In this document: positions 35,100-44,367 of the stretch, piece by piece
Numbering within the stretch: position 1 is the stretch's first letter
Layout: the number at the start of each line of letters is the position of its first letter
Notes under the pieces: model-generated
What the model saw: the letters and a program-made list of their open reading frames with translations, nothing else
Database searches by the model: none
Told to the model about the DNA's origin: nothing
Translations under genes and position numbers: made by a program
Virus record (IMG/VR): IMGVR_UViG_3300005719_000002
Coordinates: 1 to 64,000 of that record
Direction: 5' to 3' (one strand)
Length of the DNA: 64,000 nucleotides
Source: a virus
Taxonomy: Duplodnaviria > Caudoviricetes

Positions 35100-35536
35100 T
35101 GTGTTTCGTCTTCCTTTTTTGGTGGCTCGCCTGTGCCCTTGCACATCGCGCACGTTTCTCTGCGAAGCTGATTCGTTACTTTCGCTACACCTGCGGGTAC
35201 GCCTTCCGGCCTAATAAGAAGAGTTCCAATGCCTCGACACTGCGGACAAACCAGCGGAGCAGGCAATTCGGTCTGTTCATCACCGTTGAGAAACCGGATA
35301 GCTTCGCGAGCAATGAGATTCCAGTATGAGCGTGTTGTTCCTTCTGCGACCCACGATGTCATAACGGAATCCTCCGATAGTTCCAGACCGTCGTTGACTC
35401 GCGTGTGTTCGATTCGTAATTGCTTGGAGCACATTCGTCGATACTCAACCTGATCGATCAAGTGCCGTCGATGTAGCGCTCGCGCCAAAGCGTTCGCTAG
35501 TTCAACCGTGCAATTTGCCAACCCTACTGAGGGCAT
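35096..35536 (-). CDS. Hypothetical protein with CxxCxG...CxxCxGxG zinc motif
   Basis: CPQCRGIG...CAMCKGTG; probable ATG at 35536. Confidence 0.65.
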   Translation of the reverse strand: MPSVGLANCTVELANALARALHRRHLIDQVEYRRMCSKQLRIEHTRVNDGLELSEDSVMTSWVAEGTTRSYWNLIAREAIRFLNGDEQTELPAPLVCPQCRGIGTLLIRPEGVPAGVAKVTNQLRRETCAMCKGTGEPPKKEDETQ

Positions 35537-35883
35537 CGTCGTCTCCTTTGCCGAATTATCATCACCAGACAACCCGCACCGAACAGTACCCACGTCGCCG
35601 GTTCCGGCACCGGAGTAGTCGGCTGCGGCGTCGGCGCAACCACCACAGTCGGCGGCGGTGTCTCAGCCCCACGATGGATGAACAGCAGCGGCACACCCGC
35701 AACCGGCAGCAGCCACGGCCACCAGACCGCTTTGTGCTCACAGTCGCAGTCAACCGAGTCAATGGACACCAGCAGGGAGCCTTGGGCGGGTGATTGGGGT
35801 TGCTGGGTCAGGTAATCGGCCACGGTCATCGGTGTCGCGGAGGCGACGGATGCCAGCAGTAGGATTGTTAGAATGATTTTCAT
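35524..35883 (-). CDS. PEP-CTERM sorting-signal protein
   Basis: Signal peptide MKIILTILLLASVASA; C-terminus VPEPATWVLFGAGCLVMIIRQRRRR (PEP + TM + Arg cluster). Confidence 0.85.
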   Translation of the reverse strand: MKIILTILLLASVASATPMTVADYLTQQPQSPAQGSLLVSIDSVDCDCEHKAVWWPWLLPVAGVPLLFIHRGAETPPPTVVVAPTPQPTTPVPEPATWVLFGAGCLVMIIRQRRRRCPQ

Positions 35884-36666
35884 AGTAATTCTCAGCCTTG
35901 AGTATTGAAGTTGCGCGGGGTCGGATTCGACAGCCGACTCCTTTTCCGGTTCCGTGTACTTTGGAACCATAGGGGCGTTACGGTTACTAGCTGACGTTGC
36001 CAGCCTTCGCTATCAACCCCGATCTGCGTGTGTCCTTCCACACCGCCCGCGCAACATCTGGTAGGCCGAAGCTGTCCTATTCGGTAGCGGGATCGGCATT
36101 CAGTTTGGTTAAGTGCGAATGAACGCGCCTCGATTTCCGTCTTTTGGTCGCGCTCTCCCACCTTCTTTACCGCGTCGTAACACTTCGCCAAAATGCGATT
36201 GCTTCGTCAATACTCGAATACCGCTGCCATCTGGCGATCTCAACTCGCGACTCCCGATAGGTTCATAGCCCTCGATATGGATTAAATAACGACGGTGGCA
36301 TTTGAATGCAGCAGGGCTGTCAGTATGCATCTTGACCATGCGCTTATTGCCCAGCCACGCACTTGTACCAAAGAGCGTTCCTGAACAGTGCTCAGGAGGC
36401 GTTCCGCATAATACCTTTCTCATTCTCATTCCCTCCCACACGCTTGCGCGTCAGCTTCGACCAGAAACTTTCGAATACGTACCGCTCGGATAAGCGACCC
36501 ACACAAAAACAACTGCTACTAATTGAACTGTCAGTGTGCGCCACAATCCGAACTCAGGACGCCCCATCGCAAGCCCCGAGAGCCACGCGACAATCACCGC
36601 AATACTGAACCATTGGCGATTTAATTGAGAATCACTCATCTCACCCCTCTCAGCTTCGACCAGAAG

Positions 36667-36885
36667 TCAGCCAACTTGCCATGATTCGCCTGAGTTAATT
36701 TCTTTATAAACCACTAAGTAAGCCGCGATTTTGATCTGTTCTCGCTTCACTAATTCCGCACCGACTGCCCCGCTCATCTTTTCCATTTGCTCAGCCATGC
36801 CTTTGCCCGAATCGATCTGAATCTGTAACCATTCAGAGAATCGGCGCTTCTCTTCGTCTGTTAATAAAGCACCGCCCATCACCAC
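36667..36885 (-). CDS. Hypothetical protein
   Basis: Packed ORF in the minus-strand operon. Confidence 0.6.
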   Translation of the reverse strand: MVMGGALLTDEEKRRFSEWLQIQIDSGKGMAEQMEKMSGAVGAELVKREQIKIAAYLVVYKEINSGESWQVG

Positions 36886-36889
36886 TCCT

Positions 36890-37111
36890 TCACGCTGTCT
36901 CTCGGTTGGGTTTCTCGATGAAGTACCGTTTCACCCTCGCACCGCCTTCGGTTTTAACCCATTCGTCGGTAATCGGATGTCCCGCGTTCCTCAGTTCATG
37001 GATTCTCCCTTTCGCGTTCATGCAATGAAAGTCTCTCAGGATGTCGAGACAGGTCAGTTTACGCCCGTTCTCCATCGCCGCGAGTATCTGGGTTTCTTGA
37101 GATTCTTTCAT
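36890..37111 (-). CDS. Winged HTH protein (HTH_39-like)
   Basis: QILAAMENGRKLT..D....RIHELRNAGHPI. Confidence 0.7.
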   Translation of the reverse strand: MKESQETQILAAMENGRKLTCLDILRDFHCMNAKGRIHELRNAGHPITDEWVKTEGGARVKRYFIEKPNRETA

Positions 37112-37113
37112 GG

Positions 37114-37701
37114 CTAAAAGGGCACATCCAAGTCGTCGTCTGCCGGTTCTATTGGCGGCGGGGTTTCCTCTCCGTATTGTCCCGTTGATTGCTGTTCAGT
37201 GGCTTGCACTTCTGCCCAAGTTTGAGGTCGCTGGCCTAGTCTTTCCTGGAGTTTGGTTGCGAGCGGGAACAGTTTTCGCTCCTTGTCCCAAATTACCTTG
37301 ATTCGCTCGCCGCTGGCGCGATGCAACCGTCCGAATACTACTTTCTCTCCGCCGTTTGCAACAACCAACGTGTACGGCAAAGAGAAATCATCAATGATTT
37401 CCATTGCCAATAGGATTCCTCGTGCAAAGGTTGTGTCTACGCCCGTGCGGATCACATACGGCTTGTCGGCCATTATGTTGATATCAAGTTTGGTGTTCTG
37501 TTTTTCCTTGAATGTCTTGATTGACATTCGTAATCCTGTAATCGTTCCGGTTAAGGCTTTTTCCTTGACTGGAATTTGTTTCTTCTGGTCGTGGTCGTAG
37601 AGATGCCACGGGTACACGTTTCCTTGTTCGTCCACGCTTTCACCAACGAACAGAAAGACCGGATCGGGCGATTCGCCCAAACCTAATTTAACTTCGCTCA
37701 T
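37114..37701 (-). CDS. Putative ssDNA-binding protein
   Basis: Acidic tail ending DDDLDVPF; located in the recombination operon. Confidence 0.6.
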   Translation of the reverse strand: MSEVKLGLGESPDPVFLFVGESVDEQGNVYPWHLYDHDQKKQIPVKEKALTGTITGLRMSIKTFKEKQNTKLDINIMADKPYVIRTGVDTTFARGILLAMEIIDDFSLPYTLVVANGGEKVVFGRLHRASGERIKVIWDKERKLFPLATKLQERLGQRPQTWAEVQATEQQSTGQYGEETPPPIEPADDDLDVPF

Positions 37702-38128
37702 TTACGTTCGCTCCTTTTGCTAAAAAGACATCTGATGATACGACTACAATTCCACAAAACTCGGCCAACCACGCAGCACACTTCTCGATGTAATCCGTAA
37801 ATTCTGCCGTATCGAGGTTGTGTGATGTTGGTGTAATGACTACTGCTTGGCCTCCGATTTCCTTGTACTTCACGCCGAGAATCTTTTGCTTCAGCATTTC
37901 GTGCGCTTGTTCAGGTTCGATGCTTTCGCCCCACTCATCGTGTAACCATTCAACGAACGGAGCCACGACAGCCACCCAGTAATAGGAATTCTGATTGAGA
38001 CTTCGGTTGAATCTCCGGCGCGTGAGCGTCATTTCCCAAACACCCTGAAGAGTTCCGATCTTGGACATCACCTGACGTTTTATAGTCAAGTCATCCATGT
38101 TCAGAATGAGGGATTCTTTTCTACTCAC
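37688..38128 (-). CDS. NinB-like recombination protein
   Basis: RSLNQNSYYW...AHEMLK...TSHNLDTAEFTDYIEK. Confidence 0.7.
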   Translation of the reverse strand: MSRKESLILNMDDLTIKRQVMSKIGTLQGVWEMTLTRRRFNRSLNQNSYYWVAVVAPFVEWLHDEWGESIEPEQAHEMLKQKILGVKYKEIGGQAVVITPTSHNLDTAEFTDYIEKCAAWLAEFCGIVVVSSDVFLAKGANVNERS

Positions 38129-38910
38129 TGAATCTTAACCTCTCCTGCGCCTAACGTCTTACATCCTTGAAGGAAATTACAATAGCCACACGGGAACTTC
38201 ACGGCATCGGGATTGACGATAATCTTCCCCTCGTACTCCCGATCTGGCATCACGCCATTGCGCACCATCTCAACGATGGTTCTATGGCGCTGGAGTTCGT
38301 TCATTGTCGCGTCTGCGTGGTCGGCAGCATTAAACCGCCACTCCCAAGTTACAGGTTCATCCTTTGCCGCCGTCTTGCGAACGTAAACTATCGCCATGTA
38401 AGGCGCGTCAAACATCTGCGCGTAGATTCCTACCTGAAGTAAATGAGGGCGGCTTGGGCCTTCGGGCGGATCGGGATTTTTCTTTTTCCACCGTCCGTTG
38501 GATTTCAAGGGAATGCCCGTGGCTTTCTCAAATCCAAAGTCTGCTGTGGATTTAATCTCACACACGACTTTGTTTCCATCTTCGGCTGAGTAGCGAAGGT
38601 CTAAATGCCCTGTGATGTAATTCCCGATTTCACCTTCCAGTTCCTTCTCCGCATCAGGAAACTTTGACATCATAGCCGTCTGTACGAGGTCGTGAATCTT
38701 ATCTCCGATCCAGAAGTTCACCAGCGACTCGCCTGACGGGGGATTGGTTGCAGGGATGCCCGTAATCTTAAAGGCTATCTGTCTCGCACAGTTCCCCGCT
38801 GAAGATGCCCGTGAGCGCAAGACAGGCTCGGCGTCGGGTTTAGCCTCTCGCGGCTCCTGAGCGACCAGCAAGTGCTCGAATATAACCTCTTGGACTTTAG
38901 GCAGCGGCAT
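38125..38910 (-). CDS. Cas4-like PD-(D/E)XK exonuclease
   Basis: SSAGNCARQ, G..IH, GHLD, CEIKS, Q..IY, CGYCNFLQGC (4-Cys Fe-S pattern). Confidence 0.8.
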   Translation of the reverse strand: MPLPKVQEVIFEHLLVAQEPREAKPDAEPVLRSRASSAGNCARQIAFKITGIPATNPPSGESLVNFWIGDKIHDLVQTAMMSKFPDAEKELEGEIGNYITGHLDLRYSAEDGNKVVCEIKSTADFGFEKATGIPLKSNGRWKKKNPDPPEGPSRPHLLQVGIYAQMFDAPYMAIVYVRKTAAKDEPVTWEWRFNAADHADATMNELQRHRTIVEMVRNGVMPDREYEGKIIVNPDAVKFPCGYCNFLQGCKTLGAGEVKIQ

Positions 38911-39112
38911 TAGGTCTTACTCCGGCCAGCGGATTGACTTCAAAGTACCCCACGCCACACTTTGTACACTCAGGCTCGTCAGCCCAAACGTGGGAACACT
39001 CTGATTGATACCGTTCGGCAAACTTCCGCAGCGGTTCACCCGACCCTGCTACGATTAAATCCTGAGAGTCTGCCATTGCGCGTAGTGCGCCCCTTAATAA
39101 AGTCTCGCTCAT
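38897..39112 (-). CDS. Small hypothetical protein
   Basis: Overlapping start/stop packing. Confidence 0.55.
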   Translation of the reverse strand: MSETLLRGALRAMADSQDLIVAGSGEPLRKFAERYQSECSHVWADEPECTKCGVGYFEVNPLAGVRPNAAA

Positions 39113-39264
39113 TTTTTAACCTTCTCCTCAGACTGCGCCAGAGCTTGCACGGCGCGATCCAGCACTCGCCCCTCTGTCAAGTCCATCACCCGCGCCATCT
39201 CTCGCATTAGCTTCACCGTCTCTGGCAATACCGTCCGGTGAATTCTTACTCGCTTTTTTGGCAT
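39109..39264 (-). CDS. Ribbon-helix-helix regulator, probably leaderless
   Basis: MPKKRVRIHRTVLPETVKLMREMA...GRVLDRAV; promoter TTGACA(39300-39295)-17-TATTGT ends about 7 nt before the ATG. Confidence 0.7.
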   Translation of the reverse strand: MPKKRVRIHRTVLPETVKLMREMARVMDLTEGRVLDRAVQALAQSEEKVKK

Positions 39265-39494
39265 GTGCAAGACAATACACCTATTGTGTGCAAGTGTCAA
39301 GCGAAATAATCATTGAACTTATCAGAATTTCTATGCTAATCTATGCTGACAATTTGCGAAGCCGATGGCGACGGCTTATAATGACTCAAGAGCGGCTTTT
39401 CACAGTCGCGTCCGTCAGTCTTGTTGACCTTCTTGAGTCGGCAACTAGACCGCCAGATGCGACGCGACGGTGAAAGGCCGTTTTCTTTCCTCCG

Positions 39495-40235
39495 ATGAAC
39501 CATGAAATAACTGACGACGGCGATCCTCGATACTACTGGGCGCAAATTCCAAACATTGTCTGCTTGCTCGGCCTTAGCCCTTTCGAACTGGCATTGTATG
39601 TACATCTTAAAAAAGCCGCCGGAGCGCGGCCTAACGGTAAGTGTACGAAATCCCGCGCAACTTTAGCCAAGGAATGCCGCATGGGGAGCGGGTCGGTTAG
39701 CCGCGCTCGTGCCGCGCTGGAAAAGCCAAGACCTGAACTAGCCGGAAAGCCTCTCATTCGGGTTCGTGAAATCCCTAACCCTAAAGGCGGAAAAGCCTAC
39801 CTCGAAGTTACGATCACCGACATCTGGAAAGACAATATCAACCGCTTTACACCAACGTCCCCTGTGGACTTTGCCTCAACCCAACGTCCAGAAGCACCTC
39901 AACCAACGTCCAGAGCAACGTCCCCTGTGGACATAAAGAAGAACAGTAAGAAGAACCCTAATAAAGAAGAAGAAGGCGCAACGCTTATTTCTGACCTTCA
40001 AAGCGATCCGGCTTACGAGCGTCTGGACGTGGCGCTTGAGTTCCGCAAGGCTGATCGCTGGTGCTCGGTGAACCATCGCCAGTTGACGCCCAGGTTCTTC
40101 GTGAACTGGCTTAACCGAATTGATCAGCCCTTCCGTCCAGCTGATGGCGGTAACGGCTACTCGATGTCCCGCAATGGGCGCAACATCGACGCCGGTCTCA
40201 GCTATATAAACTCTCTCTCAGAAAAAACTTCTTGA
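39495..40235 (+). CDS. Replication initiator-like protein (N-terminal HTH)
   Basis: AQIPN...LSPFELALYVHL...SRATLAKECRMG.GSV.RAR. Confidence 0.7.
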   Translation: MNHEITDDGDPRYYWAQIPNIVCLLGLSPFELALYVHLKKAAGARPNGKCTKSRATLAKECRMGSGSVSRARAALEKPRPELAGKPLIRVREIPNPKGGKAYLEVTITDIWKDNINRFTPTSPVDFASTQRPEAPQPTSRATSPVDIKKNSKKNPNKEEEGATLISDLQSDPAYERLDVALEFRKADRWCSVNHRQLTPRFFVNWLNRIDQPFRPADGGNGYSMSRNGRNIDAGLSYINSLSEKTS

Positions 40236-40261
40236 CTTCTTACTTACCTGTAAGTTAGTAT
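40232..40261 (+). promoter_or_regulatory. Sigma70-like promoter with operator palindrome
   Basis: TTGACT-18-TAGTAT; ACTTAC-CT-GTAAGT in the spacer. Confidence 0.6.
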
Positions 40262-40270
40262 CCGCGCCTG

Positions 40271-40438
40271 ATGAAGATAACACTCCGTCAGTTGACCTGC
40301 AAGCGTTGCGGTCACAAATGGAATCCGCGCACGAAGTTTGTAACGATGTGCGCTAAATGCAAGTCGATTTATTGGAATCATGCGAAAACGAAACCGCCCC
40401 AATCCGTTACTAGGACAAAAGCTCAGTCAGGGCCATAA
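40271..40438 (+). CDS. 55 aa Zn-ribbon protein (not in ORF track), paralogue of 20781
   Basis: MKITLRQLTCKRCGHKWNPR...MCAKCKSIYWN. Confidence 0.75.
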   Translation: MKITLRQLTCKRCGHKWNPRTKFVTMCAKCKSIYWNHAKTKPPQSVTRTKAQSGP

Positions 40439-40612
40439 ACTGCGCGCTAAAGAGGGCCGCGACAGGGTAAGGCAGGAAGTTCACGAGCAGTTTATGAAGC
40501 ATTGTTTTGGAGACGATTTCTGGGAGCGGCCCGTTGAAGAGAGATTTGAAATGGCAATACAACGCGCGCTCCGTGTTCCGGTCACAGCGTTGGGCGAGGG
40601 TAAGCCGAAAAA

Positions 40613-41428
40613 GTGAGAGCGGTTAATCCAACATTGGGACATCGCAAGAGCGCGGGCACGGTGGCACGTAGCGTTGCGGGAATCCGAGCGCGGCAAGCGA
40701 GAGGGTTAAGGTTCGGACGCAGCCCAACGTCTATCATTCTCGCGGCGATTTGTGAAACATGCGGCAAGGATTTTCTTTGGACGACGGGAGGAGCAAGAGA
40801 GGGGGCTAAATCACAAACAACTGGACGGTTCTGCTCGCATCCATGTTTGGTGAAATGGCTACATAAACATCGACAAATTCTTCCTGATATTGAAGTGATA
40901 AAAAAGATGTACTGGGAAGATGGGATGTCGCTTTGGGAAATTGCTCGCAAGTGTGGCGCGAAAACCCACAAGGCAGTGGAGCACGCCATGAAGAAAGCTG
41001 GCATACGTCGCAGGCCGCGACGCAATACGGGCAAGCATGTGTGCGTTGTTGAAGGGTGTAAAAACCCGACGTTTAAGATCGTCCACAGTAACAACAAGTC
41101 GCCTTATGGTCGTCGCTGTGAAAAACACTGGGTAGAACATAGAAAAGCGTTGCAACTCGATTATCAACGCCGGAAACACAACAGTCCGATGTGCGAGATC
41201 GCGCAGGCAATGGTTGAGGGTTGCAGTACGTCGCACGAAATCGCCGCAGTGCTCAACGAACCGGTGAGGCGAATTTCTTGCACGATGGGCCACATGAAGG
41301 GAATAGGCATGGTGCGGATCGCTGGGCGCGCTCGTTCTGAATGTCCGAGCGGCCAAAGCGAAGCCAAGATTTATGAATTGGCAAAGGAATGGAAGTCGAA
41401 GATACCGATGTACCTGAGAACGAGTTAG
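40613..41428 (+). CDS. Basic Cys-rich/HTH DNA-binding protein
   Basis: CETCGK.F...FCSHPC; MSLWEIARKCG HTH; CVVEGC. Confidence 0.6.
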   Translation: MRAVNPTLGHRKSAGTVARSVAGIRARQARGLRFGRSPTSIILAAICETCGKDFLWTTGGAREGAKSQTTGRFCSHPCLVKWLHKHRQILPDIEVIKKMYWEDGMSLWEIARKCGAKTHKAVEHAMKKAGIRRRPRRNTGKHVCVVEGCKNPTFKIVHSNNKSPYGRRCEKHWVEHRKALQLDYQRRKHNSPMCEIAQAMVEGCSTSHEIAAVLNEPVRRISCTMGHMKGIGMVRIAGRARSECPSGQSEAKIYELAKEWKSKIPMYLRTS

Positions 41429-41502
41429 ACCGTGAAATTTCTGTTACGGGCCTGATGTCGGAGTCTCGAATGTTGCGGGCTGCAAGCCCGCCGAGAAACA
41501 AA

Positions 41503-42597
41503 ATGAATCAAGAATGGTCAATCGACAAAGTTCAATTTAACGAAGGCAACCCCCGCCGTCGATTGCGGGACTCTGCCTTCGATGAGCTTGTCGCGTCAAT
41601 CAAGGCGCAGGGTATTCTCTCTCCGTTGTTGATTACGCCGGAAGGCGTTGTGTTGGCGGGCAATCGGCGGTTGGCGGCGGCGCATCAACTCAAGTTGCAA
41701 ACGGTGCCTGTGCGCGTCCTTCCGCAAACAGGGAAAGACCGCGATCTAATTCCGCTGATTGAAAACTTGATTCGCACCGATCTAACCCCGCTGGACGCGA
41801 TGGATTACATGGTGACGCTGCGTAAACGGTGGAACCTCAACATCACCGGCATCTCAAATCTCACGGGTATCTCTACTGGAACGGTTGGTCAGTATCTTCG
41901 TATCGCGGACGGCCCGAAAGCTATCCGTCAAATGATTGCGGAAGATCGGATTGGCCTGTCAGCGGCGTGTGCGCTTCTGCGTCACGCGGATTCAGAACTC
42001 ATCACTCTGCTGTCAAAGAAAGAACAGGTTAGTTACAAAGAGGCTCGTCAGCTAATCGCAGCAATCAAAAACGAGAAGCGCAAAGAACCGATTGTTGAAC
42101 CGCCGAGTCCCAAGCGAGCAGACACGATCACCTCAAGTGGCTTCATGTTCTACAGCAACATGACCATGAAGTTTATTGAGAGTGATTTGTGTGACGTTAC
42201 CCACGAGCAGATATTTACTCGACTGAAAGAGTTGGCTGACTTAATCAATCCGGTTATCGCTAACGCTAACCGTCCGCGACTACCGACGAAAATTCCAGAC
42301 AATCGAATGGCGCATCCGGCCATCGTTGCGTTCAAAGCCGCTACCGGATCATATCCGAAACGAATGCTCATGGATCAGGTTATCGAGACGCTGGGTGAGA
42401 ATCCAGACGTGACGCGACTCAATCAGGTGTTCGTGGCATGGACAGCCAAGGGCTACAACCCGCTGAATCTGAATTTTCTTGAATGGTACATCAAGGGAAT
42501 TCCGGCAAATGGAAATGGGAAGTCAAAGTATGAAACCGCTTCAACGCGCAATGCCCGAAATATCAACGACGCCCTCGACCACATCGCTAAACTATAG
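41503..42597 (+). CDS. ParB/Srx-domain protein with HTH and replication-protein-like C-terminus
   Basis: NPRR...FDELVASIKAQGILSPLLI...VLAGNRRLAAA, IENLIRTDL; probable ATG at 41503. Confidence 0.8.
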   Translation: MNQEWSIDKVQFNEGNPRRRLRDSAFDELVASIKAQGILSPLLITPEGVVLAGNRRLAAAHQLKLQTVPVRVLPQTGKDRDLIPLIENLIRTDLTPLDAMDYMVTLRKRWNLNITGISNLTGISTGTVGQYLRIADGPKAIRQMIAEDRIGLSAACALLRHADSELITLLSKKEQVSYKEARQLIAAIKNEKRKEPIVEPPSPKRADTITSSGFMFYSNMTMKFIESDLCDVTHEQIFTRLKELADLINPVIANANRPRLPTKIPDNRMAHPAIVAFKAATGSYPKRMLMDQVIETLGENPDVTRLNQVFVAWTAKGYNPLNLNFLEWYIKGIPANGNGKSKYETASTRNARNINDALDHIAKL

Positions 42598-42988
42598 CCA
42601 GGCAGTGGGGCTGTTGCTGATGGCGATGAGGATGGCTTTTTCATTGCCGCCACTGGAGACGGTTGGCAGAGACGGCGGTGAAGGTGAATTCCCCCGCATG
42701 GTGAAGGTTTGGACGCGCACCCTTCAGCCGATAGTGCCTCTTGATTGGCTGCAACGGGCTTACGACGAAGCGATGCGTCTGCATAAATCATCCTTCCCGC
42801 TTACGGCCCCGGAAATCACGGCGGCGTATCAAGACTTGATGGCCGTGCGCGGGCCGCATCCGAACATCTCACCTAATCGAATGTTGAAAGGAGAGGTCTG
42901 TCCGAATTGTCATGGCACGGGTATGGCACAATACGAAGAGAGCGGCTATACGCTTTCACGAAGATGCGAGCACCCGGAATCTATTTGA
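42530..42988 (+). CDS. Replication accessory (helicase loader-like) protein
   Basis: Position after the initiator-like gene; C-terminal CPNCHGTG; assignment by context. Confidence 0.45.
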   Translation: MKPLQRAMPEISTTPSTTSLNYSQAVGLLLMAMRMAFSLPPLETVGRDGGEGEFPRMVKVWTRTLQPIVPLDWLQRAYDEAMRLHKSSFPLTAPEITAAYQDLMAVRGPHPNISPNRMLKGEVCPNCHGTGMAQYEESGYTLSRRCEHPESI

Positions 42989-43310
42989 TTCTGTAATTGA
43001 TCGTGAACGAGTCCGCGAGGTTAATCAGAAACCTTACGGTCGCGCTCCCGCTTTCGATGGCGCGACGTTCGACGCGCAGAAAGATTACGTCCGCCTCAAA
43101 GGACAACTCGCTGCCGTCTATGAAGTGATGTCAGACGGATGCTGGCGCACCCTCAGCGAAATCAAGAATCTAGTTGGCGGAAGCGAGGCGGGCATCTCAG
43201 CAAGGCTGCGCGATCTTCGCAAGCAGAAGTTTGGATCGCATCGCGTCAATCGACGGCGGCGCGAACACGCAAATGGGTTGTGGGAATATCAACTCATAGC
43301 CAACAAGTGA
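42912..43310 (+). CDS. Winged HTH protein
   Basis: WRTLSEI...SEAGISARLRDLRK. Confidence 0.7.
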   Translation: MARVWHNTKRAAIRFHEDASTRNLFDSVIDRERVREVNQKPYGRAPAFDGATFDAQKDYVRLKGQLAAVYEVMSDGCWRTLSEIKNLVGGSEAGISARLRDLRKQKFGSHRVNRRRREHANGLWEYQLIANK

Positions 43311-43314
43311 TCCA

Positions 43315-43515
43315 ATGTACGTTAAGACAGATTGGAATTCTCGCTTTCGGATTTGTCCGGGCTGTCCCGCCAGAGGCCCACAACCCTTGTCTAACTTCTG
43401 GCGATGTTCTACCAGACCGAATCAACACACGTCGCGGTGTAAACGATGCCATCAGAAGTCAGTAAAAGAATATCGTAATAGAGTAAGAGCCTTAGGACTA
43501 AGCCGGAGATGGTAA
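43315..43515 (+). CDS. Small Zn-binding protein
   Basis: CPGC...F......SRCKRC. Confidence 0.6.
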   Translation: MYVKTDWNSRFRICPGCPARGPQPLSNFWRCSTRPNQHTSRCKRCHQKSVKEYRNRVRALGLSRRW

Positions 43516-43516
43516 C

Positions 43517-44101
43517 TTGAGCCTGAAACCAGCCACATTCGAGGAAGGGAAAGCGAGAGCCGCCCGCTACGCAGAGAAGCGGAAGGGCAAAATACTGCAA
43601 TTTGGTCATAGACGCGCCAGAATCGCCCCAGAAACGATTCAGGGTGTCGAAGGCGGCAATGGTATTCCTGACGCCCCAAACGCCAGCCGCACAAAGCAGG
43701 GCAAGAAGCGAAAGGGCTTCAGGTCGGTCACAAGAGACCAAGCCGATCATTTCTTCAGTTTGTTCATCCGGTATCGGGACAACTGGACGTGTCAACGCTG
43801 CGGAAGTAAGTACGAACCTGTCACCGCGTCCCTTCAGTGCAGTCACTTCTACGGTCGGGCAAGAGAGAACACAAGATTTGATCCGATCAATGCTGATGCT
43901 CAATGCGCAGGGTGTCACAATTTCCTAGGGGCTAATCCTGAACTACACAGAGAGTGGAAACTTCAAAGGATCGGGGAAGATGCTTACATGAAACTCAGGG
44001 TTAGGGCAGAGTCAAGATGTAAGAAGGATCGAAAGCTGATGGCGATGATCTGTAAAAAGCTCTTTGAAGATGAAAAGAAACGATTCGAGTCATCCTCATA
44101 G
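43517..44101 (+). CDS. NinG/Rap-like endonuclease
   Basis: D..FS.FIR.RD...CQRCG...CSHF.GR....RFD..N..AQC..CH. Confidence 0.8.
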   Translation: MSLKPATFEEGKARAARYAEKRKGKILQFGHRRARIAPETIQGVEGGNGIPDAPNASRTKQGKKRKGFRSVTRDQADHFFSLFIRYRDNWTCQRCGSKYEPVTASLQCSHFYGRARENTRFDPINADAQCAGCHNFLGANPELHREWKLQRIGEDAYMKLRVRAESRCKKDRKLMAMICKKLFEDEKKRFESSS

Positions 44102-44367
44102 ACCACCATCAGTCATCTCCTCCAAGGCTTCAGTGGGCGGCGCGGGTAGTGACTATCGGCTTCCTCGTTAATCGAAAAAAGTTACGCACGCCCAAAACAG
44201 TAGCGCCATTAAACCTGACCCAGCCAGAAATCCTGAAAACCACAGTTGCCAGAGCTTACGCCGCCCTTCAGTCGCTGCGGAGAACGCGACGTATGTCAAG
44301 GCGCTAATAAGACAGTTACTCGTAGCTATCATTAACAGCGGTAGAAGCAGGTATTTATCTTCGCTCA

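Noticed and set aside
38125-38910. Cas4-like gene as evidence of a CRISPR-Cas system
   Set aside because: No array or other cas genes; it sits with SSB-like and NinB-like genes as a typical phage recombination exonuclease
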